A stretch of 64,000 bases of DNA from Gekko japonicus (Eukaryota): assembly GCF_001447785.1 (NCBI RefSeq), contig NW_015161963.1, forward strand, positions 492,885 to 556,884, read 5' to 3'. A program made the position numbers and the translations under genes. The notes below the pieces were generated by a model. It saw only the letters and a list, made by a program, of their open reading frames with translations, was not told the DNA's origin and did no database searches. Shown here piece by piece: positions 1 through 12,989 of this stretch (position 1 is its first letter; each line of letters begins with the position of its first letter).

Positions 1-461
1 AGGTGGCAGATTGCTCTGGTTGTTTCTTCTGCTGGGCCTGTCTGGCACAATGCACATGCTAGTGCTGCTGCTACTGTAGAGAGATTCTTTGGTTTGAGCT
101 AAGTTGTAGTTTTGGGGTTTTGGGCACCCAGTTTGGTAGCGCAGGTGGGGGGGGCACTTGTANNNNNNNNNNNNNNNNNNNNNNNNNNNNNNNNNNNNNN
201 NNNNNNNNNNNNNNNNNNNNNNNNNNNNNNNNNNNNNNNNNNNNNNNNNNNNNNNNNNNNNNNNNNNNNNNNNNNNNNNNNNNNNNNNNNNNNNNNNNNN
301 NNNNNNNNNNNNNNNNNNNNNNNNNNNNNNNNNNNNNNNNNNNNNNNNNNNNNNNNNNNNNNNNNNNNNNNNNNNNNNNNNNNNNNNNNNNNNNNNNNNN
401 NNNNNNNNNNNNNNNNNNNNNNNNNNNNNNNNNNNNNNNNNNNNNNNNNNNNNNNNNNNNN

Positions 462-864
462 CAAACCCCCTCCCCCCCAGCCCCCCGCAAAGTTTCAAGA
501 GGATTTTTGCCATTGACTTCAATGGCCCCATTGGTTACAATGGACCCAAATTTTTCGGGATTCCCGAAAATTTTCAGATATCTATGCTTTACCGGTATAG
601 ATATTCGGTTTTTTTCGGGTTTCCCGAAAAAAACAAACCCCCTCCCCCCCAGCCCCCCGCAAAGTTTCAAGAGGATTTTTGCCATTGACTTCAATGGCCC
701 CATTGGTTACAATGGACCCAAATTTTTCGGGATTCCCGAAAATTTTCAGATATCTATGCTTTACCGGTATAGATATTCGGTTTTTTTCGGGTTTCCCGAA
801 AAAATTCGGGTCCAATAAACCCGAATCCGAATTTTACCGAATTTTTTTTTTTTGCACATCCCTA
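462..864. repeat. Tandem ~172-bp unit (2 visible copies, 462-633 and 634-~804) at the end of a probable hAT-type non-autonomous element ending ...TGCACATCCCTA
   Basis: Near-identical units seen directly. The terminus reads TAGGGATGTGCA on the minus strand, resembling hAT TIRs. The left part is lost in gap 163-461. Confidence 0.75.
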
Positions 865-1465
865 TTACCCATGTCCCACAATTTTTGAAATACACAGAAA
901 TCTTAAGATACATCTCAATTATACAATTGTCCTTTACTGTAAGGCTACATCCTCATGTTCAACATAGTACAGAAAAAAAATCTGATTTCCCTTATGTCAG
1001 GCATCACAGTACTAAACTATAACCTATTTTCTTCAGGTCTGCAGCCTGCAATTCACCTCTGGGACCCAACATTCTGAGTGTATAAGACAAGGTCAGATGG
1101 CAGCCTGAAAGGCACAAAGCCATATCCAACTTCTGTAAGCCCCTTTGACATAGCATAAGCCTGCCCCTAAGAGGCTTCTGGCAATTTTTTGCTTCACTGC
1201 TGAGTGTGCCTGCTCTTTAGTTTTGAGGACCAGAGCCTTAGCAGAGCTGCTTGTGCTACAATGTGTTACCTAAGTATTGTTACCCCCCTCCCACCAATTA
1301 CTAAATGAGAGTCTACCCTCCACTAAGATGAAGTTGGCTTTTATTGGTGGAACAACATTCACTTTCTGAGACACCTTTAAGTGAGAGAGAGAGAGAAGGG
1401 TTTTATTGTATTTAGCCATAGGCCATTACAAACCAAAGAAAAACACCTTTATGTGTTGCACTAAC

Positions 1466-1724
1466 CTTGGTAAAAATAGTAGCATGGAGAACTACTTGGG
1501 CGCCCACTGCTGGACACTGAAGGTAACTGCGATTCCTCACAGGCAGCTTCAGGCAGACCAGCCTCACCCAGTTCATTTGGGCCTGCTGTGTCCACAGAAT
1601 CTTCAGTATCATCCACCACTGCCTCCTCTTCAGTCTCAGAGGGGGGCAGGATAGCACTGGCAGAATCTTCAGGAGGAGGTTCCAGGACCTCTTCATCAAA
1701 AGCAGAACGATACTCAAGAACACA
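1466..1724 (-). CDS. RNF10: RNF10 coding exon 9 (CVLEYRSAFDEEVLE...SSSPCYYFYQ)
   Basis: AG/GT boundaries, 259 nt, phase consistent with exon 8. Matches RNF10 VLEYLSAFDEE and SSSPCYYFYQ. Confidence 0.92.
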
Positions 1725-1949
1725 CTGTTATAGAAGAAAGAAGTTGTAACATCCATCTTCTTCCACCCACCCAAACAAGCCGTAAGAACCAGCTGCCACT
1801 ATACTCCTGTCATGTGTCAAAGTGGCACCTCTGCAAACACTAATGGGATTTTATTAGACTCCCCAGGAAATGGCAAGCCCAGTGTACAAATCTTCTCATA
1901 AGCAGTGGAACCCCAGAGATGTTCCCTTAGCACCATTAGAAGTGTTTTA

Positions 1950-2669
1950 GAATTTGAAGGAAGTGAGAAGTTTGGCCTCTTCCTAAACATCAAAAAGACC
2001 AAGTTCATGACCACCAAGAAGAACATAAATGTCAAAACAACAGTTGACAATGAAGAGATCAAATGTGTGGAAGAATTCACTTTCTTAGGCTCACAGATCA
2101 ACCAAAACAGCAAATATAGTCCAGAAATAAAACGTCAAATCACACTACGTTGCATAGCAATGATGAGCATGAATTGAATATGGAAGAGCAAGGACACCAG
2201 CCTAGCAACTGAATGCAGATTAATCTGTGCTATTGTGTTCCCCATAGCAACCTATGGCTGAGAAAGCTGGACCATGAAGATGACAGACAGGAGGAAAATC
2301 AACTAATTTGAGCTGTGATGTTGGAGAAGGCTCCTGTGCATTCCTTGGACAGCAAAGGTGACAAACAAACAAGTATTGGAGCACATAAAACCCGACATGC
2401 CACTGGAGGGGGGGGGAAATCACAAAACTGACTTATTTTGGCCATGTCATGCAGAAGAACTCAGGAGAAAAAGCAATTATGCTTGGATTGAATAGCAGCA
2501 AAAGGAAGCCTGGCTGCCAATGAACATGGTGGCTAGACACCATAAAAGTCAACACCAGCCTGAGTATGGAACAACTCAACAAAACAGTACAAGATCAGAA
2601 AACATGGAGAGAGCTGGCCCACAGAATTGCCAAGAGTCGGACACGACTGAATGGCTAACAACAACAACA
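1950..2669 (+). mobile_element. Decayed RTE-clade LINE 3' fragment
   Basis: GLFLNIKKTKFM...FTFLGSQI...EIKRQI remnant, YGxESW-like motif, 3' end GAGTCGGACACGACTGA followed by (CAA)n tail. Confidence 0.85.
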
Positions 2670-2712
2670 GAAACTGAGAAGGAAAGTGTTATAAGATCAC
2701 ACAAGCTCTCAC

Positions 2713-2841
2713 CTTTCTCTCCAGGGCCCCTGTTGCTTCTTTGTCAGAGGAGTCCATCAGGACTAATTCTTCCACTGCTGCTGTGGTCTCTGCAACATCA
2801 TCATCTCTATTTCTGCCAGAGACCAAGGAGTCCTCTCGATC
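2713..2841 (-). CDS. RNF10: RNF10 coding exon 8 (DREDSLVSG...AAVEELVLMD...ERK)
   Basis: 129 nt, phase 0/0, AG acceptor and GTGAGA donor. Similar to human REEALSG...AALEQLVLM...RK. Confidence 0.88.
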
Positions 2842-3609
2842 CTATATCATGATTTAAGGAAAAATGTTCAATCTTTTACTTGTCTAAGGGTTATGAGAGA
2901 TACAGTCTATTAGTAATGGCTGTATGGCAAAAGGTGAATTTCACCTTTCCATCAACTTTCTGTAAGGACATACTACATTCTTCAGTGGCTACAACACTGT
3001 CTAAGCTTAAACAAGTTTTATGTCTCTGGTCCATACATTATTATTTTGATTATACATCAAAAGCAAAATAGGTCTTTGAAACAACTTTGTTTTGACTCAA
3101 GCTTCCACGAATGTAGGCAGATGTTCCAGCAGAACTTTAAACTTGTCCACAGAACACTATATGAAACTTAGATTTTAAAATGCAAATTTACTTGGCTTCA
3201 AATGTGTTGCTTCTGGTTGCTATGGAGCCCTCAACTGCATTTTGTCCATGAATACCTCATGCACCAGTCCCAAGCCCTGAAGCTAAGCAGAGGATCCAGA
3301 AATAGGCACAGGCAGAAGTGATACTAAACTCATTATTACTTCTTTCCAAACTAACTTAATGCATTCCTACAGGGCTGTCGCCAAGGATGAAATACAAACC
3401 TGAAAATACAGAGTAAACTTGCAAGAGCTACAGAAAATTCACTCCTATTAGTTTAAGTCTCCCCGATCTCCCTCAGAATAGGGGAACATTTTCAATTTTT
3501 TGCAAAGGTAATATAAAGAAACATCTCAAAATACCTATATTAATAGGTATGCTATAAAACACAGAGCCAACAACAACAGCACATTAAGTAATAATTAAAG
3601 GGGTCTTGC

Positions 3610-3770
3610 CTTCAGCTCCTGGATGGCTGCTTCAATGAAACATGCTTCAGGTGTGTACTTGTCCTCCTCATACTGCTGTAGGAGGGCCACCTTCTCCTCT
3701 GCAATTACCTCCTGCAGCACTTGAACCTTGGAAGCTAGAAGGAGCTTTGAATATTGACTGTGTTGCTTAT
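3610..3770 (-). CDS. RNF10: RNF10 coding exon 7 ([15 protein letters not shown]...[11 protein letters not shown]), followed by a GC donor
   Basis: Strong protein match. The exon must end in phase 0 at AAG|GCAAGA to join exon 8. Confidence 0.92.
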
Positions 3771-4294
3771 CTATGTGAAGAGAGAACACATTGGGGTAAA
3801 AAACCATGACCACCTAACCCTGGACACTCAGAAGTTAGCACTCTCTGATATACTCTGCTACTCTGACAAAAAAAACTCAAAGCCTGCTTGTAGATGGGGT
3901 TGAAAGAAGTCTTGTTCCTTCCAATAAGGAATTCTTAATATACATTAGGATCTATAGTAAGAAGCAAGTCTACAAGTATTTATACATATTGATCAGACAG
4001 CTGAAACAAATAAGAAAATTGTACTCAATCCCACATTGTATTTAAGAGGGCATCTCTCTACACCTAATAGGTTTTTACATACTAGCATTAACATGGTATC
4101 AGCTCTGCCATGGCTCTTATGGAGGGTCTCTCCAAGGAGCCATAGTCAAAATACATGCTTTTGTACAGCTTCTCTTATCAACAGGACTTGAACAGGAGAA
4201 CTTCCCAGTAGTTTGTGGCATGCAGTCAGATCTGTCTAGCTCCAATTCACATCTTAATGATGCATGGCTACACACACATGGCTGTCTCATAAAG

Positions 4295-5243
4295 CAGTGT
4301 TTTCTAACATGTAGGACAGGGACTCTTGGGGGTCCACCAATCCATCCAGCTTGGGTGGGTTCCCATCTCCCCCCAGGCTTGCCTCCATGGTGACCATACC
4401 CCCCCTCCTGTTTTTGGTAATCTGGACCTGCTTGCCACAGCATGGCCATGCCTCCCCAACTGGGTCCACCTGTTCCAAGCTCCCATCCAGGCAGTGGCAT
4501 TGGGCCAGCCCCAGCCAGAGGCTCCCAACTGTGCACCAGCCCAGTTAGGGCTGCTTGACTATTCATAAGGAGAACCCTCATGAATGGAAGTGCCATCGCT
4601 AAAGGCATGGGGGAGCAGCCAGGCATCCCTTGATCATGCCTGAATCCAGCATAATTCTCTCCAGAAGAACATTTTGCATTGCCCTTTAATCATTACTTGT
4701 GTTAGATTCCAATACCTGTGAGTTCCTTTGGGAGCCAACTTACCACTGAAAAACAGGGTTCAAAATAAAATAAGTGTTCCCAATTGCTGTCAAGGATGGA
4801 AAGCTCATTGAGAGCTCAAGATCATTCCCAAGAGTACAAACTAATGGCTAGCTATGTTAGCAAAGGGATCGTTCTAGGCAGCTATGCCAGTAACTCCAAA
4901 ATATGCAAACATATGAAGCCTTCTTATACTGTATCAAGTCATCAGCCTGTACGGTCTTATTTTGATAGGCAGTAGTTACTGCAAGAAACCCTTTGTTCCA
5001 AACAACTGGGATGTACCTTAATATGTCTTGCAAATATGTTTTTCCCCAAATGTTGTGATTTTCCCCCAAATGTTGTGATTAATAAAATACAAGTTCATTT
5101 AAAATCATTCCTGAATTTATAGTAGCTTTGTGTCATGTATTTTCTCAATGGATACTAATAGTACAACTATTACCACATGGGGGTCCACAATTTTTTTTTA
5201 TGTTAAAAAGAGGTCTTCATACTTAAAAAGTTGGCAACCACTG
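4295..5243. mobile_element. Old hAT (Charlie-like) non-autonomous element
   Basis: Imperfect TIRs CAGTGTTTTCTAAC / GTTGGCAACCACTG. Flanks TCATAAAG and TTGTAAAG are both derivable from TCGTAAAG. Confidence 0.6.
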
Positions 5244-5335
5244 TTGTAAAGCATCCATGACATCCCAATACAAATATCAACCTCAAATAATTGTGATGGC
5301 AATGGTTCCAAGCATTAATCTTAGAGAGGACTCAC

Positions 5336-5475
5336 CTCCCAGGTGAATAGGCTGCTCCACATTCAGCATCACCTTTGACTTTGGCAATGCCATCAGGGCT
5401 CCCTTCTCCCGCTGCATCAGCTGCATTGTAATTGTATCACCAACTGCATACTGGCGAGTTTCCAGAGCAACCACA
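5336..5475 (-). CDS. RNF10: RNF10 coding exon 6 ([26 protein letters not shown]...PIHLG)
   Basis: 140 nt, AG/GT boundaries, phases fit neighbouring exons. Confidence 0.95.
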
Positions 5476-5560
5476 CTGAGAGAAAAAAGGAAGGGGGGAA
5501 GTGATGAGCAAAAGACAACTCCATCAATAAGAAAAAAAGATTTTCAGAGAACCTCTTTAC

Positions 5561-5745
5561 CTCTTGAGGTCCTTCTTGTGAATAGAGCCGTAACAGATGG
5601 GGCACTTACTCCAAGTCTTCTCACTCAAAGAGAGATAGTGCAAGATACATGGCCAGCAGAAGATGTGCCCACAGCGGGTGATCTTAGCTGCAGCAGGTGG
5701 GTAGAGGCATATTGGACAGGAGGGTACTTCATGGCTGCAGATTCG
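5561..5745 (-). CDS. RNF10: RNF10 coding exon 5, C3HC4 RING finger (CPICLYPP...[14 protein letters not shown]...CPIC)
   Basis: 185 nt, AG/GT boundaries, RING motif near-identical to RNF10. Confidence 0.97.
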
Positions 5746-6323
5746 CTGGAAAAACACAAAAGAATCTAGTTTACTAAGGTACAGAGCACCTATACAAATA
5801 CTTTTCCATTCAAGGAACAACACTTATTTTGGTAGATGTGAAGTGACTATTCTTCTGGAAGGACATTCCTGCCCCATGCCTGTATTCTGTCTAACAGAGA
5901 AACTTTCCCCATATATATATTGATAAAAGAGAATACATCCAGAGGAAAAGAAAACTGCTAGTAAGTAACAGTTCTGATAAAGAAATAAATTCAATTTCCC
6001 CTTTCAATGTTCCCTTCAAATTCAACTGAGTTTTAAGTAGCACACCATATTGAAATACAGTTGGAACAAATCAATTTAGGGACTCATGTTCTAAAAGGCT
6101 GGCCAAGAGATCTTTGCCAAACTACTGTTTCCAACTTGAGTTTACATAGAACTGAGGTTGTCTAATCTCTTGCTTCTGTCACACATTTCCAAAGCTTGCC
6201 ACCCAAGACAGTTGTTCCAGACTGCTATTTAATGAAGTTTAAGTTGAGCAAGTAACAGGTTTAGATGACCAATGATCGAATTCGTACATAGTCACAAGGA
6301 GAGACAAATCTATTGCTACTGAC

Positions 6324-6414
6324 CACTTGTTCCACAAAGTCCCAGTTGACCAAGGTATCTGGGTCAGTGAAGTGAATTGTGTAGTCCTGCTCATCACACA
6401 CCACAAACTGGCAG
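6324..6414 (-). CDS. RNF10: RNF10 coding exon 4 (CQFVVCDEQDYTIHFTDPDTLVNWDFVEQV)
   Basis: 91 nt, AG/GT boundaries, protein match. Confidence 0.95.
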
Positions 6415-7212
6415 CTGGAAGGAATGTACATAACAGATTATAACTCGATGCCATACAGAATGGGATCCAAAAATACAGATTTTCAGGATTACAAGCAATG
6501 CCCGACTAGTAATGGCTGGGATATTATCTGCTACAGGATTAAATGAAAGGATAATCATGCTGCTACACAAATCAATCTCTCACAGGAAACCAATCCACTA
6601 ACTGTTAGCAATTTAATCATGTATTTAATAGCAATCAAGGGGAGGCAATATTGAAAATGCCTCCATTATCTTGTTACTATACAATGTGCCCTAATTTTGG
6701 TTAGAAATGTTATGTATTCCCATGATTAAAAAACCACTGCTGAAGCATTTATTTAGTTTTAGATGAAGCTCTTTTTCTATCTGAATCAGACAGAAATCCT
6801 GAGTACCCAACCAAGAAGTGCACACTGAGGAAACTCAGGGCTTTCTGGCTTCAAAGGCTTCTTAGCAGAATCAACTTCCTAAAAGTTCCAATGTACTGAG
6901 ACAGATTAGACGTGAAATTCAGTATTTCTATAGAAAGATCTTGAATAAGCACCTATAATTCTATAGCGCTATGGTAATAAGCTTTTTAAAAAAGCTTCCA
7001 GTGTTGTGGTGGGGGGAAATGAAGAGAAGATAGCAGCTGCAAGGGTCTGATGGAGGAAAGTGTGCAGAACGCTCCCATGTGGAAGCTCTACTGGTACACG
7101 GCTCTGCATTTGCTGCAGCAGTGAAAATAACACAAAGAATCCTTGCCATGTGAAAGCAGCCTTAGATAGCTGTAGAATACTTTCAGTAAAGCCACAAGCA
7201 TTCCTCACTTAC

Positions 7213-7412
7213 TTGGCCTGCAGAAAGAGCTCCTTGTTGAAAGGTTTGTTCTCCCACTTGTTCCTTCTCCCCCAGCTGCCCCGGCTACTTCCATCAAAGT
7301 GGCTTGCATGGCCACGGGGTTCAAAGGTAAAATTCAGTAAGTGGTTCAGACTAATCTTCTTAGGACCAGAAAACTGGGCAGGGCTAAACTCTGCCCGTTG
7401 AGCCTCTGCTAC
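7213..7412 (-). CDS. RNF10: RNF10 coding exon 3 ([34 protein letters not shown]...FNKELFLQA)
   Basis: 200 nt, AG acceptor and GTAAGT donor, protein match. Confidence 0.96.
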
Positions 7413-8612
7413 CTTAAAAAAAAAAGGATGGGGTAATTTAAACACACCCACAAATCAAACAAAGCAATGCCACATAAATGCCTTTTTGGGCTGCACTAAC
7501 ATGTAGAAAACACAAATCAAGAAGATGTCCAACATGTATTTGCTACTGTAACAAAAGTTTATGTACAAAATTGGAGTTGCTTCTCAAGTTCAGTAAACTG
7601 AATATTGGAGACTCTAAAATATATTGTACTCATTTGGTGGACTCATTTAAAATACAGAAATCAAGACTTTTAATGTCTTTAAATACTTCTAAATCCAAGT
7701 ACATATAGTCTGCTACGAACAGCCCTTATGCAACAAACACCATACACAGCAAGTTTCTAATACATGTTTGTTTTAAAAAGTGCTAAATATAATGCTTATG
7801 TTTAGACGGAGCATGGCCCCAAGTAGGGCCTCTCTTGTAGCATGGAACTATAACAGGTTTTTGTAGAGGGGGCTTGTTGGAATGTACTGCTCTATTCTAG
7901 AGTTCCTTTATGCTTTAGTTTTCTCCTTTATCACAGGAAGCCATCCACCTAGTTGTTTCTGGACAAGATGGGAGCTAGTCCCCTCCCCCCAAGATTCAAC
8001 AAACATTGAAGGGCTTGATCACCCCACCTTTCTCCTTTAATCAATTTTCAACTGCTCTCAAAATTCAATGCCTCCTGGAGCATACTGAGTTCTCATGCTG
8101 AAAATGTCTTGATCTTTTTCTTCTTATTTACAAATTCACATTTCTCTGCAATCTGGAGAGAGACCTCTACTGTGTGAGATCCTGGTTTTGCTATGCTCAT
8201 AATTAGATATATGAAGTCCCAAGGGGGCTATGTGTATGTGGACAATATGGGAAAACATATGCCCCCACCGAAGAACCCCCCATTTCTGCTACAGAAAAAT
8301 TGGAACATTTTAGGGAACTCCAAAATAAAATTCCTATGAAGTATTTTCTCTTTAAGAGGGGGGAATCTTGTCTTAAAAGCATTACACTCCTTCCAACTAT
8401 ATAGTACAAAAAGGTATGAGAACTTTTCCAATTTTCCTTGCCTATGGTCACTAAGTTTGGGGGAGCACTAAAAAACCTTACGACTTTCCCCTCATTTTTG
8501 GAATGAGTGAAATGAAAGCAAGGTTTAATCAAAATCTACAGTATGGAATTTTAATGCGAGACAACGTACAGCACTGGACAATAATTCTTTTGCCTACACA
8601 ATTTCAGCAATG

Positions 8613-8813
8613 CTTATTTCCTTCACTTATACCTTGCCTTTCTTCCTAGTGGGAACTCAAAGCTCTTCTCTACTTTATCCTTGCAACAACTCTGTGAGGT
8701 AGGTTAGGCTAAAGGAGTGAGACTGGACAAAGGTCACTCAGTTTCCACAGCAGAGAGGGTAGTCAAACCTGAGTCTCCCAGATTGTAGTCCAACTCTCTA
8801 ACCACTACACTGG
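8613..8813 (-). mobile_element. Old tRNA-derived SINE (Squam3-like). Related decayed copies at ~9430-9610 (-), ~54565-54710 (+) and ~61605-61815 (-).
   Basis: Minus strand reads GTGTAGTGGTTAGAG A-box-like head and CTAACCTACCTCACAG core. Confidence 0.6.
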
Positions 8814-10551
8814 CTTTTATTAGATGCTATAATGTATTTAACAATAATACATTACTAAAGAGATCAGCATTTTAACTTAATATCCAAATACACTGGCAGT
8901 CCTAACTATTGTGACTGTACGGGAGTGTTCTGTAATGTTTTCCACCTTCAACTTTAATTTTTCCCAACCTCTTAGATGGCAAGTATTAAGATGTGTTATG
9001 GCAGCATATGGTGAAGCAATCTGCAACATTTTCTCAAGTACTTGAGTATACTCATTTTTTTAAAATAGAAAATGAAGTGGTACAAATAGTTAAATGGTTA
9101 TAAATTATGCATTTTATGTTAAATCAGTAAAAGTAGTTCGGGTTGATATTTCAATTTCCCCAAAACTTCTATCCTCCATCCACGGCTTCAAAATTTCTGG
9201 AAGTTTAAAATCTATTAATGATTAGCATGAGGATCAACTACTTTTTAAGGTAAAGACAATTATGCTTTCCTTGCATTTTTAAATAAAACTAAACCTGGAT
9301 GGCACAGATGCAGTGGGAGGGCTTTCACAAGAGTTTGGTGGGCAATTGAAAAGTTGTAATTCAATCAACCTGAGGAGAACACTAAGACATGCACACTGGT
9401 GGAATTCTCCCTTCTGCATGTACACCATGTTTTTTATCCTGCTCTTCTTCCAAGGATTTCAGACTGGCATAAATGATTATCTTCTACTATATCCTCATAA
9501 CAACCCTGTGAGGTAGGCTAGGCCATGAATAACTAGCCAAAGTTTACCCAATGAGTTTCACAGTTAGGTGGGGACGTTAATCCAAGTATTTCCATTTGTA
9601 GTCCATTTATCTAACAATTAGAAAGTAGGTTTTCTACTGGTGAGCATGGACTCCATCTCTAGTTCTTAGCAGAGTCAGGCCTTCCTACCCACTGTTCTCA
9701 AACAATGCATTTAACTATGACCAGAGTACTCATTTGGTCTTCCCACTATATCATCATCTGGGGATGAAGTTGCTAAATAGGATGCCTATATCCCCAAGAG
9801 CAAGTTGGGTTGCTATTTTGGTCAACAATTCCAACATGTCAAGAACTCAAAAGCTACAACAAAGGCAACAGATACTATAACCTAGAGAATGAAGATTTAC
9901 CAACTAAGTAGGGAAAGACCGGAAGCAACAGGTGCATGACAAAGCTGAATAAGATTAAGGCTAGCAACAAACTGCAGCATTTTATATATCAGATTATTCA
10001 AAGCCCAGAAATTTACTGTAATTAAAGGTCAGTGAGATTGCCAAAATGGCTATATTAAGCAGATAATTCAGGCGGCAGCTTTACTATCGTTTGGTGCTAC
10101 CTTACAAGAGATATCAGTGGCAACTGATTTTACCATGATGTGCTACTGTCTACCACTAACAGCACCCAGACCCTCACCCCCATAGTTAGTTGCAGAAAGG
10201 AATTACAAGCAGAAGAGCACATGTCCAGTTATTTCAAAGGTATCTGAATAAACCAAGAATATTCTTCTCAGTACCCTCTTTAATATATTGTCTCATGCAG
10301 CAGCAGAAGAGAAATATATCCCATAAGAAGGAGCATAGACAAGAGACAGGTTTGATCCAACCAGCTTTTTCATGGGTGAAAAAGGGAGGGGACGCCAAAA
10401 AAGGCTACACTGGTGATCATGGGACCTGCATAGACAAAAGCCATGGGGGACGGGGGCTGCAGTGAGGGGAACAGGGAGACAATAATGGCTAGATCCAACC
10501 CAATCATTTTGTCTGAAGAAAACTGGCTGTCCAAGCAGGACAGAGTCTCAC

Positions 10552-10757
10552 CTCTTCTCGTCTTCCACCATTAAAAGAAGCACTAAAAGGTTTGCAACCA
10601 CTGCCATGTCCTCCCCTCTGAGGGGGCATCTTATTAAAAGCTTTGCTTTTCTGTGAAGTGGAGCGACGGGGCTGGCTGGGAAAGCTCTCATTTTTTGGAT
10701 ATGAAGTTTCTCGCTTACGATTATAACGCTGCCTGGAACCATTTGTATTTTTTCCAT
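10552..10757 (-). CDS. RNF10: RNF10 coding exon 2 ([26 protein letters not shown]...FNGGRREE)
   Basis: 206 nt, AG acceptor and GTGAGA donor, protein match. Confidence 0.95.
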
Positions 10758-11627
10758 CTAAAACAATGTAGAAAGGTACATATTTACAATTAATTAATAC
10801 AAATTTAGATTGTCAATAAAAAGCAATGCCTATTTCAGAAATCTTTAAAGCACCACAGAAACCAAATTGGGTAATTTGGGAAAAATGTTGTGCCAAGATG
10901 CATACAGCATACAACTTGAAGAATTACAAAAGGAATAAATGTTACAGCTAGAATGCACTCTAGCAATCTATTATACTATCGTTTCACACTTTGCTTATTT
11001 ATGTACTGACCTCTCTAACAGCAGCCAGCTCAACATATGCTAGGATATTTATAAATAAAATTAATTTTTGCAACCAGTATAGCATGATGTTATTGACAAT
11101 ATGGCTCACTTCTATTTCGCTGATACAAATCTAACAATTGGGGCAAAAAAAGGCCATAGTAGTTACAATACAAAGGAAACATGAGCCTCAAGTGCCCCCT
11201 CTAATCCCCTTTTACTTGTTTGCCAGAGAAACGTTCCTTATATTTATTGTCTCTTTTCAACATGCAATCATGTTATTGTCTCTTTTCAACAAACAATCAT
11301 ATTAAGTCTGTATTCTGTCAACATAGGTACAATCCTCAGGACACCTGGAGTCCCAGTACCTTTCATGTGAAAACAATTAAAACATGCAGAAATTATTTTA
11401 GACCTTTCTGTTTTGTCAAAGAACGGTTCCTGCTTACTTTTAAGAGATTTTGAGCCATGTTACCATTATCAGACCCCATTTGCAGAATAACAGACAGGAA
11501 ATCCAGATACTGTGTACCACATTTCAGCTGTCTGTTGTGGAAGCATCAATATGTTTAATATCACACCTCCCTTGGCCAATAAAGAGAGACTACTCCTTCT
11601 AGACAGATGCCAGAAGCTACTATTAAG

Positions 11628-11883
11628 CAGGCCCGTAGCTAACCAGGGGCCCATGGGGCCCGGCCCCCTGGTGATTTTAATGGGCCCCCTTCCCAATACT
11701 TGGCAAACTAATTTATGTGGCAGCTCTCTCTCTAATTTATTGCTCTCTCACAACTTTAATGGCAGTAGCTCACAAAGTAGAAGTTTTGCTCACAAAACTC
11801 CACAGCTTAGAGGGAACATTGGTGGTGGGCCCCCTGAGAAAAACATGAGCCCCCTGAGCAAAAGGTTGTTAGCTACGGGCCTG
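11628..11883. mobile_element. hAT MITE carrying an internal fragment of a second MITE family
   Basis: TIR CAGGCCCGTAGCTAAC / GTTAGCTACGGGCCTG. Perfect 8-bp TSD CTATTAAG. Confidence 0.9.
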
Positions 11884-12811
11884 CTATTAAGTCTAAAACA
11901 GGAGAGTATCATGACTAAATACACTCCACTTTCATACCAAAAACACTTCCTTGAACTGACTTTAAGTAAAGCAACTAACATGGAGAATGTTATTAGGTTC
12001 CTTTACAATCCATATTAGATGCTTTATGTAACTTAAAATTCCCACCCAAGAAAAATTCTGTAGGTAAAGCTTTCACAGCCATGACATAAACTCCAGACCA
12101 TCAAAAATCATCACCCTTCCACCCAATCATTTGCACCACCAACTGTAGAGATTAGGGCTCTTACTCACATCCCTTAGAAACTAAAAGCAGCACATGCTCC
12201 ACCCAAAGCCTCCTATCACTAACATACATGCTGCAGTAGCACCATCCATGTTATTATTCAGCACAATTATCCAACTACGCAGCATCTACTTGAGTTACAA
12301 TTCTAGCTTATATGCAAAGTATCTCCACAGGAGTGTCAGGGCTGCCTGCCACAGGCACACTCTGTCCATAGCCAGCACAACCCTCAAGCATATAATGAGC
12401 AAACAATACAAGAAGAGTCCTGCTGGATCAGATCAGTGGTCCACATAGTTCAGCCTCTTAGTGGTCAATCAGCTACCCTGGAGGACCAACAAACAGCAGA
12501 AAGAGGTCAAAGCTTTCCTTGGTGTTGCCTCCTGAGACTGGTTTTCAGAGGTTTACTGCCTCTGAATGTGAAGGTGTGCCTCTGAATGTGAAGGACCTGT
12601 CCTCCATGAATCTGTCTAAGCCCTTTTAAACGCCTCCTTCCTCGAGATGTCTAATCCTATTTAAAAATATATGGCCAAGCAAGAAACCATCGCAGACTTC
12701 GAGGGGAGGGGTATAATTTCACTAAGTTATATGACAAAACTGTGTTTCCTTCGACTTTCCTCCGTTCCGAAACACCTCTTGCAAAAGCGGGCAGGCTCTC
12801 CAGTCGCTTAC

Positions 12812-12989
12812 CGCCTTTGGGCTTTGACTCTCCCCCGGCCGGTCCGGCCGAGTTAGAGCGGGGCTGCTGCCCTTTGCCTCCCGCCGCCGAAGAACCGGGG
12901 CCGAGGTTGGAGCCGCAGGGGTTGCTCTTGTCCATCCCGTCGTCGGTGAGAGCCGATGCTGCTACTTGCGCGGGGGAACGCCGGAGCAT
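12812..12989 (-). CDS. RNF10: RNF10 coding exon 1 (MLRRSPAQVAASALTDDGMDKSNPCG...GKGQQPRSNSAGPAGGESKPKG)
   Basis: ATG at 12989, with a second in-frame Met at 12935. GTAAGC donor in phase 1 joins exon 2. Matches RNF10 KGQQP.S.SAGPAGESKPK. Confidence 0.9.

Noticed and set aside
71-888. Long ORFs over the three N gaps (also 44801-45703 and 56592-57661)
   Set aside because: They are open only because of N runs or tandem repeat sequence
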